From an archaeon (GTDB lineage Archaea > SpSt-1190 > DYHY01), in assembly GCA_043803745.1 (NCBI GenBank), contig JAZDJS010000049.1, positions 13,920 to 77,919 of the forward strand: a stretch of 64,000 nt of DNA, given 5' to 3'. Under the pieces are notes generated by a model. That model searched no databases, had not been told where the DNA came from, and saw nothing but the letters and a program-made list of their open reading frames with translations. Both the position numbers and the translations under genes were made by a program. Below, piece after piece: positions 45,865-55,356 of this stretch (position 1 is its first letter; every line of letters starts with the position of its first letter).

Positions 45865-46428
45865 CTAGGGCCCTCCTCTTGCTTCGGCCGCAACTGGAGT
45901 GTACGCAGCCCTCACCGCCCCGAGCGCAGCGCAGAAATTTCCATACAGCTGCCTGTCGGTCATTCCGAGAGAATAGCATGCGCTTACTGAAACGAGTCCA
46001 TTTTGAATCCCTTCTTCATCGAACCTTATCAGCACTAACTGTTCCGCATCAGCTGAGCTTGTCGTAACGTTTTGATATGTCATGCGGGATTTGGGCGACA
46101 CATCAATCTGCCTAGAATCGCAAAGGACAATTCCCTTTTCGTCTCTACTCGCTTCCAGGGCAGTTTTAGTCCGGTTTACAAGGGCGGAATAATCAGAAGC
46201 CTTAGGAACGCCCATGAACAATTCTGTCCCGATTATAACGGCGGCTCCGTCTTTTTTGATGAATAGCTTTATTTCTGTCGGAAGAGCTCCTCCGTCGGAG
46301 CCAAGAAGCAATTTGGTGGAATAAACGTCCGAATCGACAGTTCCACCTCGCCTGGCTCTGGCAATCCTGCTGATTATTTCGTCGTCAAATGTAATGATGC
46401 TGGCTGGCATTTTCCAGCTCGGAGACAT
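45865..46428 (-). CDS. Hypothetical protein
   Basis: 187-aa ORF, first of three co-oriented ORFans. Confidence 0.65.
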   Translation of the reverse strand: MSPSWKMPASIITFDDEIISRIARARRGGTVDSDVYSTKLLLGSDGGALPTEIKLFIKKDGAAVIIGTELFMGVPKASDYSALVNRTKTALEASRDEKGIVLCDSRQIDVSPKSRMTYQNVTTSSADAEQLVLIRFDEEGIQNGLVSVSACYSLGMTDRQLYGNFCAALGAVRAAYTPVAAEARGGP

Positions 46429-46535
46429 CTGGAGCTTTTAAATCCTTCCTTTTTTAACCATTTCAAAGTAGTCTATTCTGGCAAGATACACGTTAGCGGC
46501 AAAAAGCAAATAAACCGGGAACCGGCCCCTCCGGG

Positions 46536-47528
46536 ATGCCAGTTGAAAATTCTCCGCAAACTAAGACCGCAATCTTCTTCCATTCGGACCCGGACGGGAT
46601 TGTCTCGGCAGTGAACGTTCTCCTCTCATTTTCCCCCGCCGGAAGGAAGGCAACTAAACTCTTCCCAATGAGGCAGCAGGAGCTCCTTCCGGGAAAGCTT
46701 CGGAAAGCCAAGGGTAAGTTCGACCAGGTTTTCATCCTGGACCTGCCCCCCAGCGAGAAGGAGGTCCGGGGGCTTTCTCCGAGGACTGTGATAATAGACC
46801 ACCACCAGGGCAAGCCGATAACGGGAAAGGGAACCGTTCACCTCAACCCGAGGTTCTCCGGCAAGCCGTCCTATCCCGTCTGCTACCAGACATATGTCCT
46901 GATGGGCGGCAGGGATTGGCAGGCTTTCGTCGGCGTTGTCGATGACTGGGGCGTCGGGCTTTTGCCAAGCTTCGCTGCGAGGATGTGGAAGCCTTACGGA
47001 TGGATTGGAAGCCAGGAGAACCTCTATCTTTATTCGGATGCCGGAAGAATCGCCTTTGCAATAGAATCCGCAGTCAAGTTTTACGGGGAGGAAAAGGGCG
47101 CGCTCCTTGCTGTCAAGTCCCTCCTTGCCTGCAAAACCCCGCAGGAATTCCTTTCCGGGAAAGGCGGCGCGAGAAAGCTGCTGAAAGCTGCTGAAAAAAT
47201 CTCAAGGGAGGTTTCGGAAGCGCTCGGGAAAGGCGTTGTCTATGTTGGCAAGCGCCTCGAGATATACGAGCTCAATTCGAAATACAACATCAAGCGCGAG
47301 GTAATCCAGAGGCTGAAGATAGAGAGACCGGGAAAATACGTCCTTGTCTACATCAGGCAAGGGAGCCAATACAATTTCTCCCTTCGGGGGCCGGGAAAGA
47401 TCCCGGAACTCATTTCCCCGTACGGAGGCGGACATCCGGAAGCCGGCGGGGGACGAGTTCCGGCGAAGGAACTCTGGAAATTCCTGGGCAGCCTCAAGAG
47501 GCAGATTGAGAAATCCGGGAAGAAATGA
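46536..47528 (+). CDS. DHH/DHHA1 phosphoesterase (RecJ/NrnA-like)
   Basis: HSDPDG, ILDL, IIDHH, FSLR and GGGHPEAGG motifs. Confidence 0.9.
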   Translation: MPVENSPQTKTAIFFHSDPDGIVSAVNVLLSFSPAGRKATKLFPMRQQELLPGKLRKAKGKFDQVFILDLPPSEKEVRGLSPRTVIIDHHQGKPITGKGTVHLNPRFSGKPSYPVCYQTYVLMGGRDWQAFVGVVDDWGVGLLPSFAARMWKPYGWIGSQENLYLYSDAGRIAFAIESAVKFYGEEKGALLAVKSLLACKTPQEFLSGKGGARKLLKAAEKISREVSEALGKGVVYVGKRLEIYELNSKYNIKREVIQRLKIERPGKYVLVYIRQGSQYNFSLRGPGKIPELISPYGGGHPEAGGGRVPAKELWKFLGSLKRQIEKSGKK

Positions 47529-48250
47529 CTTCTCTTTCTCGCCTGAAAAGGGAAATCCATTCATCCCTTGAAAAACGCTCCTGCAAAAAGCATGCCGAAG
47601 GGATGAGGCGCTATTTCAAGGAGGATATCCGACCCCTCGGGGTAAGGACGCCTATTGTCCGGAAGCTTGCAGCGGATTTTTCCGATGCGCGCAAACTTCC
47701 GAAGGAGGAAAGTTTCTCCCTTGCGGAACTGCTTCTTGAAAAATCCTTCGAAGAGGGGATTTTCGGACTTTATCTCCTCTCCCGGACGAAACGGCAGTGG
47801 GATTGCTCGGATTTCCCTTCCCTGAAAAGGATTGCGGGAAAACTCTCGAACTGGGCGCATTGCGACGAGTTCTCCTGCCATACAATCAATCCCTTCGTTG
47901 AGCGTTTTCCGGATTCCGGAAAGGGACTTGTGGGCTGGGCTGGCTCGGAAAACAGATGGCTCAGGCGGGCTTCGGCGGTTTCCCTCGTTCCCTCCGTCCG
48001 GAAGGGGAAGTTGACCTCCCTCGCTTTCCTAGTTTCGGGGAAGCTTCTTCCTGACGGGGAGGAGATTGTCCAAAAGGGCGTTGGCTGGCTCCTGAAGGAA
48101 CTGGCGAAAGCGAAGAAAGGAGAGGTGGTCGGATTTCTCAAGAAACGTAGCGCTTCCCGGATGATCTACCGTATTGCCTTCGAGAATTTCCCGGAGGGGG
48201 AGCGGCGCGCGCTGCTCAACGGGATTTTCCCGAAGGGTTGCCGCCCGTGA
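47525..48250 (+). CDS. DNA alkylation repair protein (AlkD-like)
   Basis: LGVRTP, NWAHCD, W..SENRWLRRAS and VQKGVGWLLKE motifs. Confidence 0.9.
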   Translation: MTSLSRLKREIHSSLEKRSCKKHAEGMRRYFKEDIRPLGVRTPIVRKLAADFSDARKLPKEESFSLAELLLEKSFEEGIFGLYLLSRTKRQWDCSDFPSLKRIAGKLSNWAHCDEFSCHTINPFVERFPDSGKGLVGWAGSENRWLRRASAVSLVPSVRKGKLTSLAFLVSGKLLPDGEEIVQKGVGWLLKELAKAKKGEVVGFLKKRSASRMIYRIAFENFPEGERRALLNGIFPKGCRP

Positions 48251-49514
48251 AATTCTGATGAAGGTGGCTGTCATCGTTGAAGCGGATGATCCTCGGCATT
48301 TTCCCGAGGGAAACCGAAAGCTCGGAAATCCTGCAGTTCCCCGGGAAGAAGGGCCTTGCGTCGAGGGGGCTTATCCCGAGAATGACCGCAAGCAGGATTT
48401 TCAAAAAGTTCCCGTGCGAAACAATTGCAACCGTCTTTCCCCTGAAGCTGGAAAGCCGCCTCTCAAGGAATTTCTTCGCGCGAAGCTCGACTTCCTTCTG
48501 GCTTTCCCCGCCATGGCTTTTGTCAGTGTAATCCGAACGCCCGGACGTTTCCCTCCAGGAAATCCAGTCCGCAAGGGGCCGACCCTCAAACCTTCCGAAA
48601 TCCCGCTCAGCCAAAAGGGGCTCGATCGAAACGCGGGCGCCCTTCAACTGCGCGATTGCCTCCGAGGTCTCCCTCGCACGGGAGAGCGGGCTTGAGAAGA
48701 TGAAATCGAGTTTCTCCCCGTAAAGGACCCGGGCGGTCGCCCTCGCCTGATTCTTCCCCTCCGCTGAAAGGGGAATTTCGGTTTTCCCGCGCATTATCCT
48801 TGAGCTGTTTGAAAGGGTTTCCCCGTGCCTGACAAGTATCAGCCGGGTTTCGTCATACCTCCTTTTTTTGCGCGCGGCAAGACCGCCAAGATGCTTCGTG
48901 ATGTTGAGCTTCTCAACGTAAACCCTCCCGAGCTTCCTGTCGAGGATTATCTCGGTTATCGAGCAGTTGTCGAACTTGAGTGTCTTGACGTGGCTCAGGG
49001 GGATTCCAGTCAGTTCAGAAAAGAGGACTGAGAGGGTGCCCCCGTGCGAAACCACTGCGACCGTGCCGCGCGCTCCGAGGAGCAGCCTGCCGAAATCTCC
49101 TATCCTCGCGCGCATCTCCGAGAGGCTCTCCCTCCCGGCAACCTTCTCGTTGATGTCAGCCGGATGCTTCCGAAGGCGCTCCCAAAGCTCGCCCGGCAGC
49201 TGGGAATGCTTCTTCCCCTGGAAGCTCCCGTGATACTGCTCCCTCAGGGATTTCACAACCTCGACTTTCGTGAATCCGCGCTTCTCCTGGGCGCGGGCAA
49301 CCTCGTCGGCGGTTTCCTTCGCGCGCCGGAGCGGACTTGAGTAAATTTTGTCAAACCGCTCCCTCGAAAGGAACGCTCCGAGGGCCTTGGCCTGCTTCTT
49401 TCCAAGCCCGGTCAGGGGGGAATTTATTGTCCCGCCGAAAACCCGCTCCCTATTGGTTGTCGTTTCCGCGTGCCTGATAAGGATTATCCGCGCCTGATTG
49501 TTCTTTTCAGCCAT
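48216..49514 (-). CDS. Histidine phosphatase family protein with two tandem domains
   Basis: RHAE...SSPLRRA...GRES...SHGG followed by RHGE...SSPLSRA...GGES...SHG. Confidence 0.9.
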   Translation of the reverse strand: MAEKNNQARIILIRHAETTTNRERVFGGTINSPLTGLGKKQAKALGAFLSRERFDKIYSSPLRRAKETADEVARAQEKRGFTKVEVVKSLREQYHGSFQGKKHSQLPGELWERLRKHPADINEKVAGRESLSEMRARIGDFGRLLLGARGTVAVVSHGGTLSVLFSELTGIPLSHVKTLKFDNCSITEIILDRKLGRVYVEKLNITKHLGGLAARKKRRYDETRLILVRHGETLSNSSRIMRGKTEIPLSAEGKNQARATARVLYGEKLDFIFSSPLSRARETSEAIAQLKGARVSIEPLLAERDFGRFEGRPLADWISWRETSGRSDYTDKSHGGESQKEVELRAKKFLERRLSSFRGKTVAIVSHGNFLKILLAVILGISPLDARPFFPGNCRISELSVSLGKMPRIIRFNDDSHLHQNFTGGNPSGKSR

Positions 49515-50150
49515 TCAGACTTTCCCCGCCAGGTGGCTGGTGTCATTTGCAAGGTTCAGCTGGGGCTGACCATGGTGCCTATGGGCAGTTATTTCGGAGA
49601 CTGAAGCGTTCGAAAGCCAGAATATCCTGCAGTTCTCAATCGGGAGGTTGAGCGCCTTTGCTAGAAGGACCTTGCCGAAAGCCCCGTGGGTAACGAGGAC
49701 CACGGCCTCTTCTGAGCCGGCGCCTTTTGCCTTTGAATGAACCTTCCAGAGAAGCTTTCCCGCCCGTTTCTCGGCAGCCCTGTACGTCTCGCCTCCGTGG
49801 GCGGAATATTCCGGGTCGACGGGATGCATGTAAAGCTTTTTTACGTGCTTCTTGAGAAGACTTGAAAACGCCAGCCCCTCGAAATCCCCGAAATCTATTT
49901 CCGCAAGGAGCGGCTCTTGGGCAATCTTTTTCCCCGGGTGGAACCTGGCGATTTCCCGCGCAGTCTCAAGAGCCCTTCTTATCGGCGAGGAATATATCGC
50001 AACGACTCGCTCCCTTGAAAGCCGCTTCCCGAGCGCGCGGGCCTGGGTGCGCCCCGTCCCTGAAAGCGGATAGTCCGCGCCCGATTTCCCGATCATGAGG
50101 TCCTTGGAATTGAACGCGGAGTGGCCGTGCCGTGCAATAATCAGTTTCAT
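49515..50150 (-). CDS. Histidine phosphatase family protein
   Basis: ARHG, SSPIRRA, GGET and VTHG motifs. Confidence 0.9.
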   Translation of the reverse strand: MKLIIARHGHSAFNSKDLMIGKSGADYPLSGTGRTQARALGKRLSRERVVAIYSSPIRRALETAREIARFHPGKKIAQEPLLAEIDFGDFEGLAFSSLLKKHVKKLYMHPVDPEYSAHGGETYRAAEKRAGKLLWKVHSKAKGAGSEEAVVLVTHGAFGKVLLAKALNLPIENCRIFWLSNASVSEITAHRHHGQPQLNLANDTSHLAGKV

Positions 50151-50875
50151 TTGGAAACGAACCCGCAGTAGAAGGCGATGTGGTCCCTCTCGAACGGCTC
50201 AAGCCGCCTTTCCTGGAGGATTTTCATCCCCCCCGCTTCGAGCTTTTTCTTCACTTCGGAGAAAACGTGGGCGGGAACCTTCCTGACATCGATTGAACGC
50301 GCCTTCACCATGAGAAGCCCGCGCCCGTTCTTTTTCAGGAATGCCTTGCAGTTCTTGAGGAAAATTTCCGCCTGCGCCCTCTGGGCAACGTCCTGGTAGA
50401 CGAAATCGACCTTCGGGACAATTGAGGAGTATTTCTCCGGGAATTCCGCGCCGCCGAAAATCGGGGCGAGGTTCGCCCGCTTCTTGGAAAGCATGTAAAA
50501 GTCCCGCATTACGCGCTGGGCGGGGTCGATCCCGAAAATCATCCCCGTCCTGCAGATGTCCGAAACGTGGGACGCCGTCGTCCCTGAAGAAACTCCCAGA
50601 TAGAGGGTCAAAAAATCCTCGGAAATGTGGATGTCCATCCCCTTCAGAATTGCGGCGCAGAGCTTGCTTTTCTTTGGATTCCACTTGCGGTATTCCAGGC
50701 CGTCCCTTTTCACGAGGTCCTCGTCGTAGACCGTCTGGCCGGGCACGAGGTTCTCCGTTGCAATATCCCTTCCGACAAGAATTGTGCGGGGCGGAAGCTT
50801 CCCTGGCGGACCGGACCGCTCCCCATCAAAGTGCCGTCTCCCCGCTATCGGTTTCCCTTTTTGGAAGTTTCCCAT
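50147..50875 (-). CDS. flpA: Fibrillarin-like rRNA/tRNA 2'-O-methyltransferase
   Basis: WNPKKSKL, LYLG.SSGTTASHVSD, YQDVAQ, KARSID and LEPFERDH motifs. Confidence 0.95.
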   Translation of the reverse strand: MGNFQKGKPIAGRRHFDGERSGPPGKLPPRTILVGRDIATENLVPGQTVYDEDLVKRDGLEYRKWNPKKSKLCAAILKGMDIHISEDFLTLYLGVSSGTTASHVSDICRTGMIFGIDPAQRVMRDFYMLSKKRANLAPIFGGAEFPEKYSSIVPKVDFVYQDVAQRAQAEIFLKNCKAFLKKNGRGLLMVKARSIDVRKVPAHVFSEVKKKLEAGGMKILQERRLEPFERDHIAFYCGFVSK

Positions 50876-50915
50876 TTTTCCTCAGTTGCCTGTAGCCTGG
50901 TGGAGCGGAAAAATC

Positions 50916-51173
50916 CTACTTTGCCTCGAGCCTGTCCGAAATCTTCCAGACGAATATCGTGTTAACTAGTATTGCCTGGAGTATGAGGGCAAGCAGGACC
51001 CCGTTGAAGAACTCGGCCGCAATCGTTTCCTTCATGTAAAGGGATTTGGCAATTGTGCCTATGAATCCGAGGTTGACGAAGCCGACGATTCCGACAGCCA
51101 AAAGGAAAACCTTCTCGAGAAGATCCATTTCCTTGACCGACTTTGCATATTTGTCTTTTTGAGATTTTGCCAT
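50916..51173 (-). CDS. Small two-TM membrane protein
   Basis: Starts MAKSQKD at 51173; two hydrophobic helices. Confidence 0.65.
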   Translation of the reverse strand: MAKSQKDKYAKSVKEMDLLEKVFLLAVGIVGFVNLGFIGTIAKSLYMKETIAAEFFNGVLLALILQAILVNTIFVWKISDRLEAK

Positions 51174-51198
51174 TCTTTTTTTGTTACAACCCCTTCTT

Positions 51199-52080
51199 TT
51201 ATTTGTTTTGATTTCCCGGACCCGAAAAGTGGTCAATGCGGGCTGCGATTGCGAGCTTTCCGGCAAGGTGCCTTGCGATCTTCCCGCGCTTCTCCTTGGG
51301 CGCGCTCTGGATTTCCGGATACTGGAAAATCAGCCCGTGCTTGGGACAGGGAACCCCGCGGGTTAGGTGCTTGAAAAGCGCCTTTTCCGCCCCGAGGACC
51401 TGGACCGTGCTCGAAGGCATGTACGCGAGCCTTTCGAGGCTTCCCGCCTTTGCGATAAGGCGCGCGCAAAGTATTCCGCCGCAAGCCCCCGCAAGCCTCG
51501 GCGCGATTTTCGCCGCAAGCCCCTCGATGTTCTTCTCTATTTCCTTGCGCTCCTGATAGAGGGCGAGGATTGCGCGGGCGAATGAGGAGATTTTCCCGAG
51601 CTCCTCCGCGGGTATTTCCGCCCCGATGCTTTCCAAGGGCCTCTCTATCCCCTCGGAAACCTTCCTAGCGAAAACCTCGTTGTCCGGGGAATCGAGCTCC
51701 GGATAGTAAAGGCCCCAGAGTTCCCGGAGCCGGGTTGAAAGGGCGTTAAGGACGACGTTGAGCTCGTCAAGGGTGTTTATCTCGTTTATCAGAAGATAAT
51801 CAAGCCCGACTCTCTTCCTCATCCGGGCGCCCGTGATTTCGATTGCGACGTTCCTCAGCGCGGCAAGGGCCGCTTCCCTAGAAACGCCGTTTTTCTCGGC
51901 AGCGGCGAGGATGTCAAAGCCGGACTCGGCAACCTGGACGTTGAAGAACGCGCCCTTGTCGGAATCGGACATTTCAAGGATTTCTATTTCCCGCCCCTTT
52001 TGCAGCGGGCTGATTAGGGACAGATCATCTGCCGAAAAGACCCCGAGGGCAGTGACTGCGGCGACTTTCTTTCCACCCAT
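51199..52080 (-). CDS. nop5: Nop5/Nop56/58 C/D-box sRNP protein
   Basis: RLRELWGLYYPEL, PSSTVQVLGAEKALFKHL, PKHGLIFQ and GKIAR.LA.K.AIAARID motifs. Confidence 0.95.
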   Translation of the reverse strand: MGGKKVAAVTALGVFSADDLSLISPLQKGREIEILEMSDSDKGAFFNVQVAESGFDILAAAEKNGVSREAALAALRNVAIEITGARMRKRVGLDYLLINEINTLDELNVVLNALSTRLRELWGLYYPELDSPDNEVFARKVSEGIERPLESIGAEIPAEELGKISSFARAILALYQERKEIEKNIEGLAAKIAPRLAGACGGILCARLIAKAGSLERLAYMPSSTVQVLGAEKALFKHLTRGVPCPKHGLIFQYPEIQSAPKEKRGKIARHLAGKLAIAARIDHFSGPGNQNK

Positions 52081-52197
52081 GATGCTCTAAAGCGCGTTCC
52101 CGCCTTTATAAAACCTGGAGAGGAACTTGGGGAAGTTGTCGGGGCCTGTCTGAAACAACCATTATATACTGAAACGGGAGGAATATCCGCACCCAAT

Positions 52198-52524
52198 ATG
52201 GTTGCCCTTGACGCAATATTCGACATAATAATCGCGTGCGAGTTCGTTTTCCTTGCAATATATTCCGGGAAGCTTTCAAACAAAGTGGGGGTTTTCCGGA
52301 TTGCGAACGCATGGATAATGTTCTCGGTCTCGGCCCTGATAATGGCTTTCCACCACCTTATCGACCTCATAAGGATTTTCGGCCCGATACAGGATATTCT
52401 CTTCGTGCAGGGAAGCCCGCTCTGGACCCTTTCGAACACAATCTATCTTGTCTCGGCGGGAACCTTCCTGATGGCAACCAAATTCCTGCTCGACTCTTTC
52501 CTCAAGCCTCTGGAGGGGCGCTGA
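52198..52524 (+). CDS. Three-TM membrane protein
   Basis: Hydrophobic ORF, first of a three-gene unit. Confidence 0.65.
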   Translation: MVALDAIFDIIIACEFVFLAIYSGKLSNKVGVFRIANAWIMFSVSALIMAFHHLIDLIRIFGPIQDILFVQGSPLWTLSNTIYLVSAGTFLMATKFLLDSFLKPLEGR

Positions 52525-52530
52525 TAGGAA

Positions 52531-52818
52531 ATGGCAGACACCCTCTCGGTAATGATTTCCGCGCTGGTTTTCTCGTCGTTCCTGCTTGCAACTATTTTCT
52601 CGTTCAACGTCAAGAAGCTTGCAAAGGGGTCGAGGAAGCTCATGTGGATAATGCTCCCGGTTGCGGGAATCCTTTTTACGCTCTCGTCCCTCATAGGCGC
52701 GTTCGCCGCAACGGGCTACCTGAACGTCTTCATCTATGAGGCGACGAAGAAGCTCTCGATAATAATCGCCGGGATTTTCCTCTTCTTTTTCTTCAAGGAA
52801 ACCTCGGAGGTGTTCTAG
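52531..52818 (+). CDS. Three-TM membrane protein
   Basis: Similar topology to the previous ORF (KL..G between TM1 and TM2). Confidence 0.65.
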   Translation: MADTLSVMISALVFSSFLLATIFSFNVKKLAKGSRKLMWIMLPVAGILFTLSSLIGAFAATGYLNVFIYEATKKLSIIIAGIFLFFFFKETSEVF

Positions 52819-52822
52819 AGGG

Positions 52823-53170
52823 ATGGATTCCGTCGAGAAGATTTACAGCACGCTCATGAAGGACACCCTTGAGATGGTCTGCCGGATGGCCGGACCCTCC
52901 CTCGCATTCCACGCCGTTGCGTCAGCCCAGGAAAAGTTCTCGGAAAAGCTGAAGGGACTCGTTTACACGCGCTATGACATGTCGATTGAGCTCAAGGATT
53001 CGGGCAAGAACGAAAAAGCCCAGCTCCTTTCCCAGATTTTCCAGGAGATAATAAACTATGCGCGCGAGGTAATAGGGGACAACATTTACATTTACGCCGA
53101 GAAGGGGATTGACGGCGTGAGGGGCGATGCTGAGAAGGAAAAGGTTGCCCTGCCCAAAATAGCGTCATAG
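52823..53170 (+). CDS. Small soluble helical protein (output-domain-like)
   Basis: Two related helix-G-helix motifs (CRMAGPSLA, REVIGDNIY); resembles the C-terminus of 56731..57813. Confidence 0.6.
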   Translation: MDSVEKIYSTLMKDTLEMVCRMAGPSLAFHAVASAQEKFSEKLKGLVYTRYDMSIELKDSGKNEKAQLLSQIFQEIINYAREVIGDNIYIYAEKGIDGVRGDAEKEKVALPKIAS

Positions 53171-53351
53171 ATTTTTCTGCTATTTTGGACTTTGCTACAC
53201 TCAGCCGAAGATTGCCTCCTAAGCGAACTTTCTGCACTCTTCGACTTTGCTCCGCTCAGCCCAAAATAGCGTCTTAGAAGTTTTAGGCTATTTTGGACTT
53301 TTGCCCATGCTCGGCCGAAGATTGCGTCTTGAACGTAATTTGCAATCTTCG
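53153..53351 (+). repeat. Four stacked fold-back units, each starting with a recoded PKIAS* gene end
   Basis: Units start at 53153, 53205, 53260 and 53315; tails ACTTTGCTACACTCAG, ACTTTGCTCCGCTCAG and ACTTTTGCCCATGCTCGG. Confidence 0.92.
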
Positions 53352-53471
53352 ATGCTGTTCCAACCCGACCTGAAATGGCCTTCCGAGCGCCTTTCTTTTG
53401 GAAAATTTTCCCTGTCCGAATAGGGGAAACCCAGTAAAAAAGTTTATTAGTGTGTTACGCTGTATTACTCT

Positions 53472-53695
53472 CGGCCACTGACACACACCAGCAAACCGAA
53501 AAGGAACCCGAAAGGGAAGCTGGAAAAAAGCCCTACGAAACGAGGGCGACAAGAACTTCAGTATGGCTTTCGCTCCCCGCCACAGAACCTCCGGTTCACA
53601 CGTGGCTAAAGGGAGTCCAAAAGCAAACAGTTGGGGAGGTGGCCGGGCGTCCCGGAACGGGCGAATTAACTACCCGGAGGGACGCCTCCCAGATT
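53472..53695 (+). ncRNA. Candidate structured non-coding RNA of unknown family
   Basis: AAAAAGTTTATTA promoter at about 53437-53449; CCAGC..CCC-GAAA-GGG..GCTGG junction; GGCGTCCC/GGGACGCC stem; no convincing ORF. Confidence 0.4.
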
Positions 53696-53702
53696 TCTAC
53701 CT

Positions 53703-54893
53703 TCACTCGGAAGGCTCGAAATAGGGAACTGGAAGTCTTGAGGCATCTTCTCTCGCGTCACTCTTGCTCGTAACTGGAAGGAAGGCCTGCGCAAGGGAGT
53801 TTCTCGAAATCCTTGCGGTCAGATTTCCCGGAGTTGAGAGGTATGCGTCCTTGGTGGTCTGCTCGAAAGCTTCGTAAACGTGCGTCCGCATAAGGGAAAC
53901 CAAATTCCCTGTCCGGAGAAAGTCAAAGTAAATTTCTAGATTCGCCTCAGCGTCTGCGAGCGCCTCGCTGCCGTCAGCGCCCCATCTTGAAAGTAAGTCT
54001 GTTGTCTCTGAAATTGCTCTAACTTCGTCAAGAAAGAGCGTACGGAAATCGAATGGAAAGTGTCTCCAGTAATCAAGATGGTCGCCTTCATGCAAAAGGG
54101 TCTCTGCAATTCGGGGGCTCGTTCTTCCTTTGCGGTCGCAGCCGAAAAGAATTGCGTTCGGGGAAGGATAGTCCCTGTGATAAGGAGCTGAGCAATTCAC
54201 GCCCTTTGAAAGGAAAATATAAGAAATTCCGTGAAGCTTTGTACGCTGGCGCTCGGACAGGAACGGGTAAGCTTCTTCAAAGGCGATAGCAATCTCACTC
54301 GTTCCTCTTTCAGCAAGCCACTCACTTAGCTCATCGGAAACCGGAACGTATTTCCAGGGGACCCGTTTGTCCGAGACTGTTGCAAAAGTTTCCTTGGGTC
54401 CCGTCTTTTTGGACAGCATTAAATCAGCATAATCTTTCGGAAGGCGCAAGATTTCAGTCATTCCGTCGCCAACAAGACTCAACTCGACTGGCGGAGCAGA
54501 TTCAGTTAGCCCAAGGTTTCCTGAAAGATCATCTAAAAGCGCCGCCTCAAAGACGGGACGTATAAGGAGCCTATCTGCAAGCTCCGTCTTCATTACGATT
54601 TGAGGTAACTCGTTTTCCGAAAATCCGTATTTCGGGCCCCAGATTGAAAGTCCGTCTCGAACCTGTTCAATCAAACTTTCAGCTGAACCGGTTGCCGAAC
54701 CCCAGAGGCGGACGTCTTCGAGCTTTTTCGTCAAATAACTAGAAGGTCCCGAAACTTCCCTTGAAATTTCCGTCAAAAGCGCTCGTTCGGCAAGGGTGTA
54801 TTCCACCAATCTGTCAACTAGGGGGGGTCTTGGAGGACACTTCAAAGTTGCTTCCGGAACGTTTACTGTTGCTCCTGAAGTTGTTCCAAGCAT
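53703..54893 (-). CDS. Hypothetical protein with HExxH zincin motif
   Basis: ETLLHEGDH followed by a downstream E (DEVRA); GGAGG upstream of the start. Confidence 0.6.
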   Translation of the reverse strand: MLGTTSGATVNVPEATLKCPPRPPLVDRLVEYTLAERALLTEISREVSGPSSYLTKKLEDVRLWGSATGSAESLIEQVRDGLSIWGPKYGFSENELPQIVMKTELADRLLIRPVFEAALLDDLSGNLGLTESAPPVELSLVGDGMTEILRLPKDYADLMLSKKTGPKETFATVSDKRVPWKYVPVSDELSEWLAERGTSEIAIAFEEAYPFLSERQRTKLHGISYIFLSKGVNCSAPYHRDYPSPNAILFGCDRKGRTSPRIAETLLHEGDHLDYWRHFPFDFRTLFLDEVRAISETTDLLSRWGADGSEALADAEANLEIYFDFLRTGNLVSLMRTHVYEAFEQTTKDAYLSTPGNLTARISRNSLAQAFLPVTSKSDAREDASRLPVPYFEPSE

Positions 54894-55025
54894 TTCAAAT
54901 CCTCCTGAAGCCCGACATCACCACTCAAAAGAGGTCAATATTTAAAAGACTTGACAAAACTGGGCGCTTTTAGGACCTTTTTCAGCCAGGAACTAGAAAC
55001 GGGCGGGCTGTATTAAGGTAGCTAA

Positions 55026-55283
55026 GCGAGGCCGTCCGGCTGAGGCACGGATTTCGTTAATGCTCAAGAACCTGCTTGAAGACTACGCGCGTTCTTTACG
55101 CCCGTCAACGGATTTTTCTTTCAAGAAAACTGGGTTGTAGTGGGCCCGGCCGGCTGAGGCGTAGCAACCGAAGTCGGAGGGAACAGGCCGGAATGATGGT
55201 GGCTGGAGCCGAGCCCCAAAAGGGCGAAGGCGAAAGTCCTTGAACTCAAAGACAAATCCGCGAAGCGGTAAGTTGAGTTCAAG
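55026..55283 (-). repeat. Stacked units downstream of tRNA-Val(TAC), including the shared 88-nt element
   Basis: 88-nt element at 55196-55283; GCCTCAG|CCGGCCGGGCCCACT (tRNA 3' copy at 55139-55153); GCCTCAG|CCGGACGG at about 55032-55046. Confidence 0.85.
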
Positions 55284-55356
55284 TGGGCCCGGCCGGAATT
55301 GAACCGGCGGCCTGCGCAGTGTAAGTGCGCCGTCATAACCACTAGACCACGGACCC
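55284..55356 (-). tRNA. tRNA-Val(TAC)
   Basis: Same body as tRNA-Val(CAC); anticodon arm GCGCA-CTTACAC-TGCGC. Confidence 0.96.

Noticed and set aside
53153-53351. CRISPR array interpretation of the 52-55-nt periodic units (also 40805-41047)
   Set aside because: The repeats are short and degenerate, the 'spacers' are self-complementary copies of the adjacent gene, and no cas genes are present.
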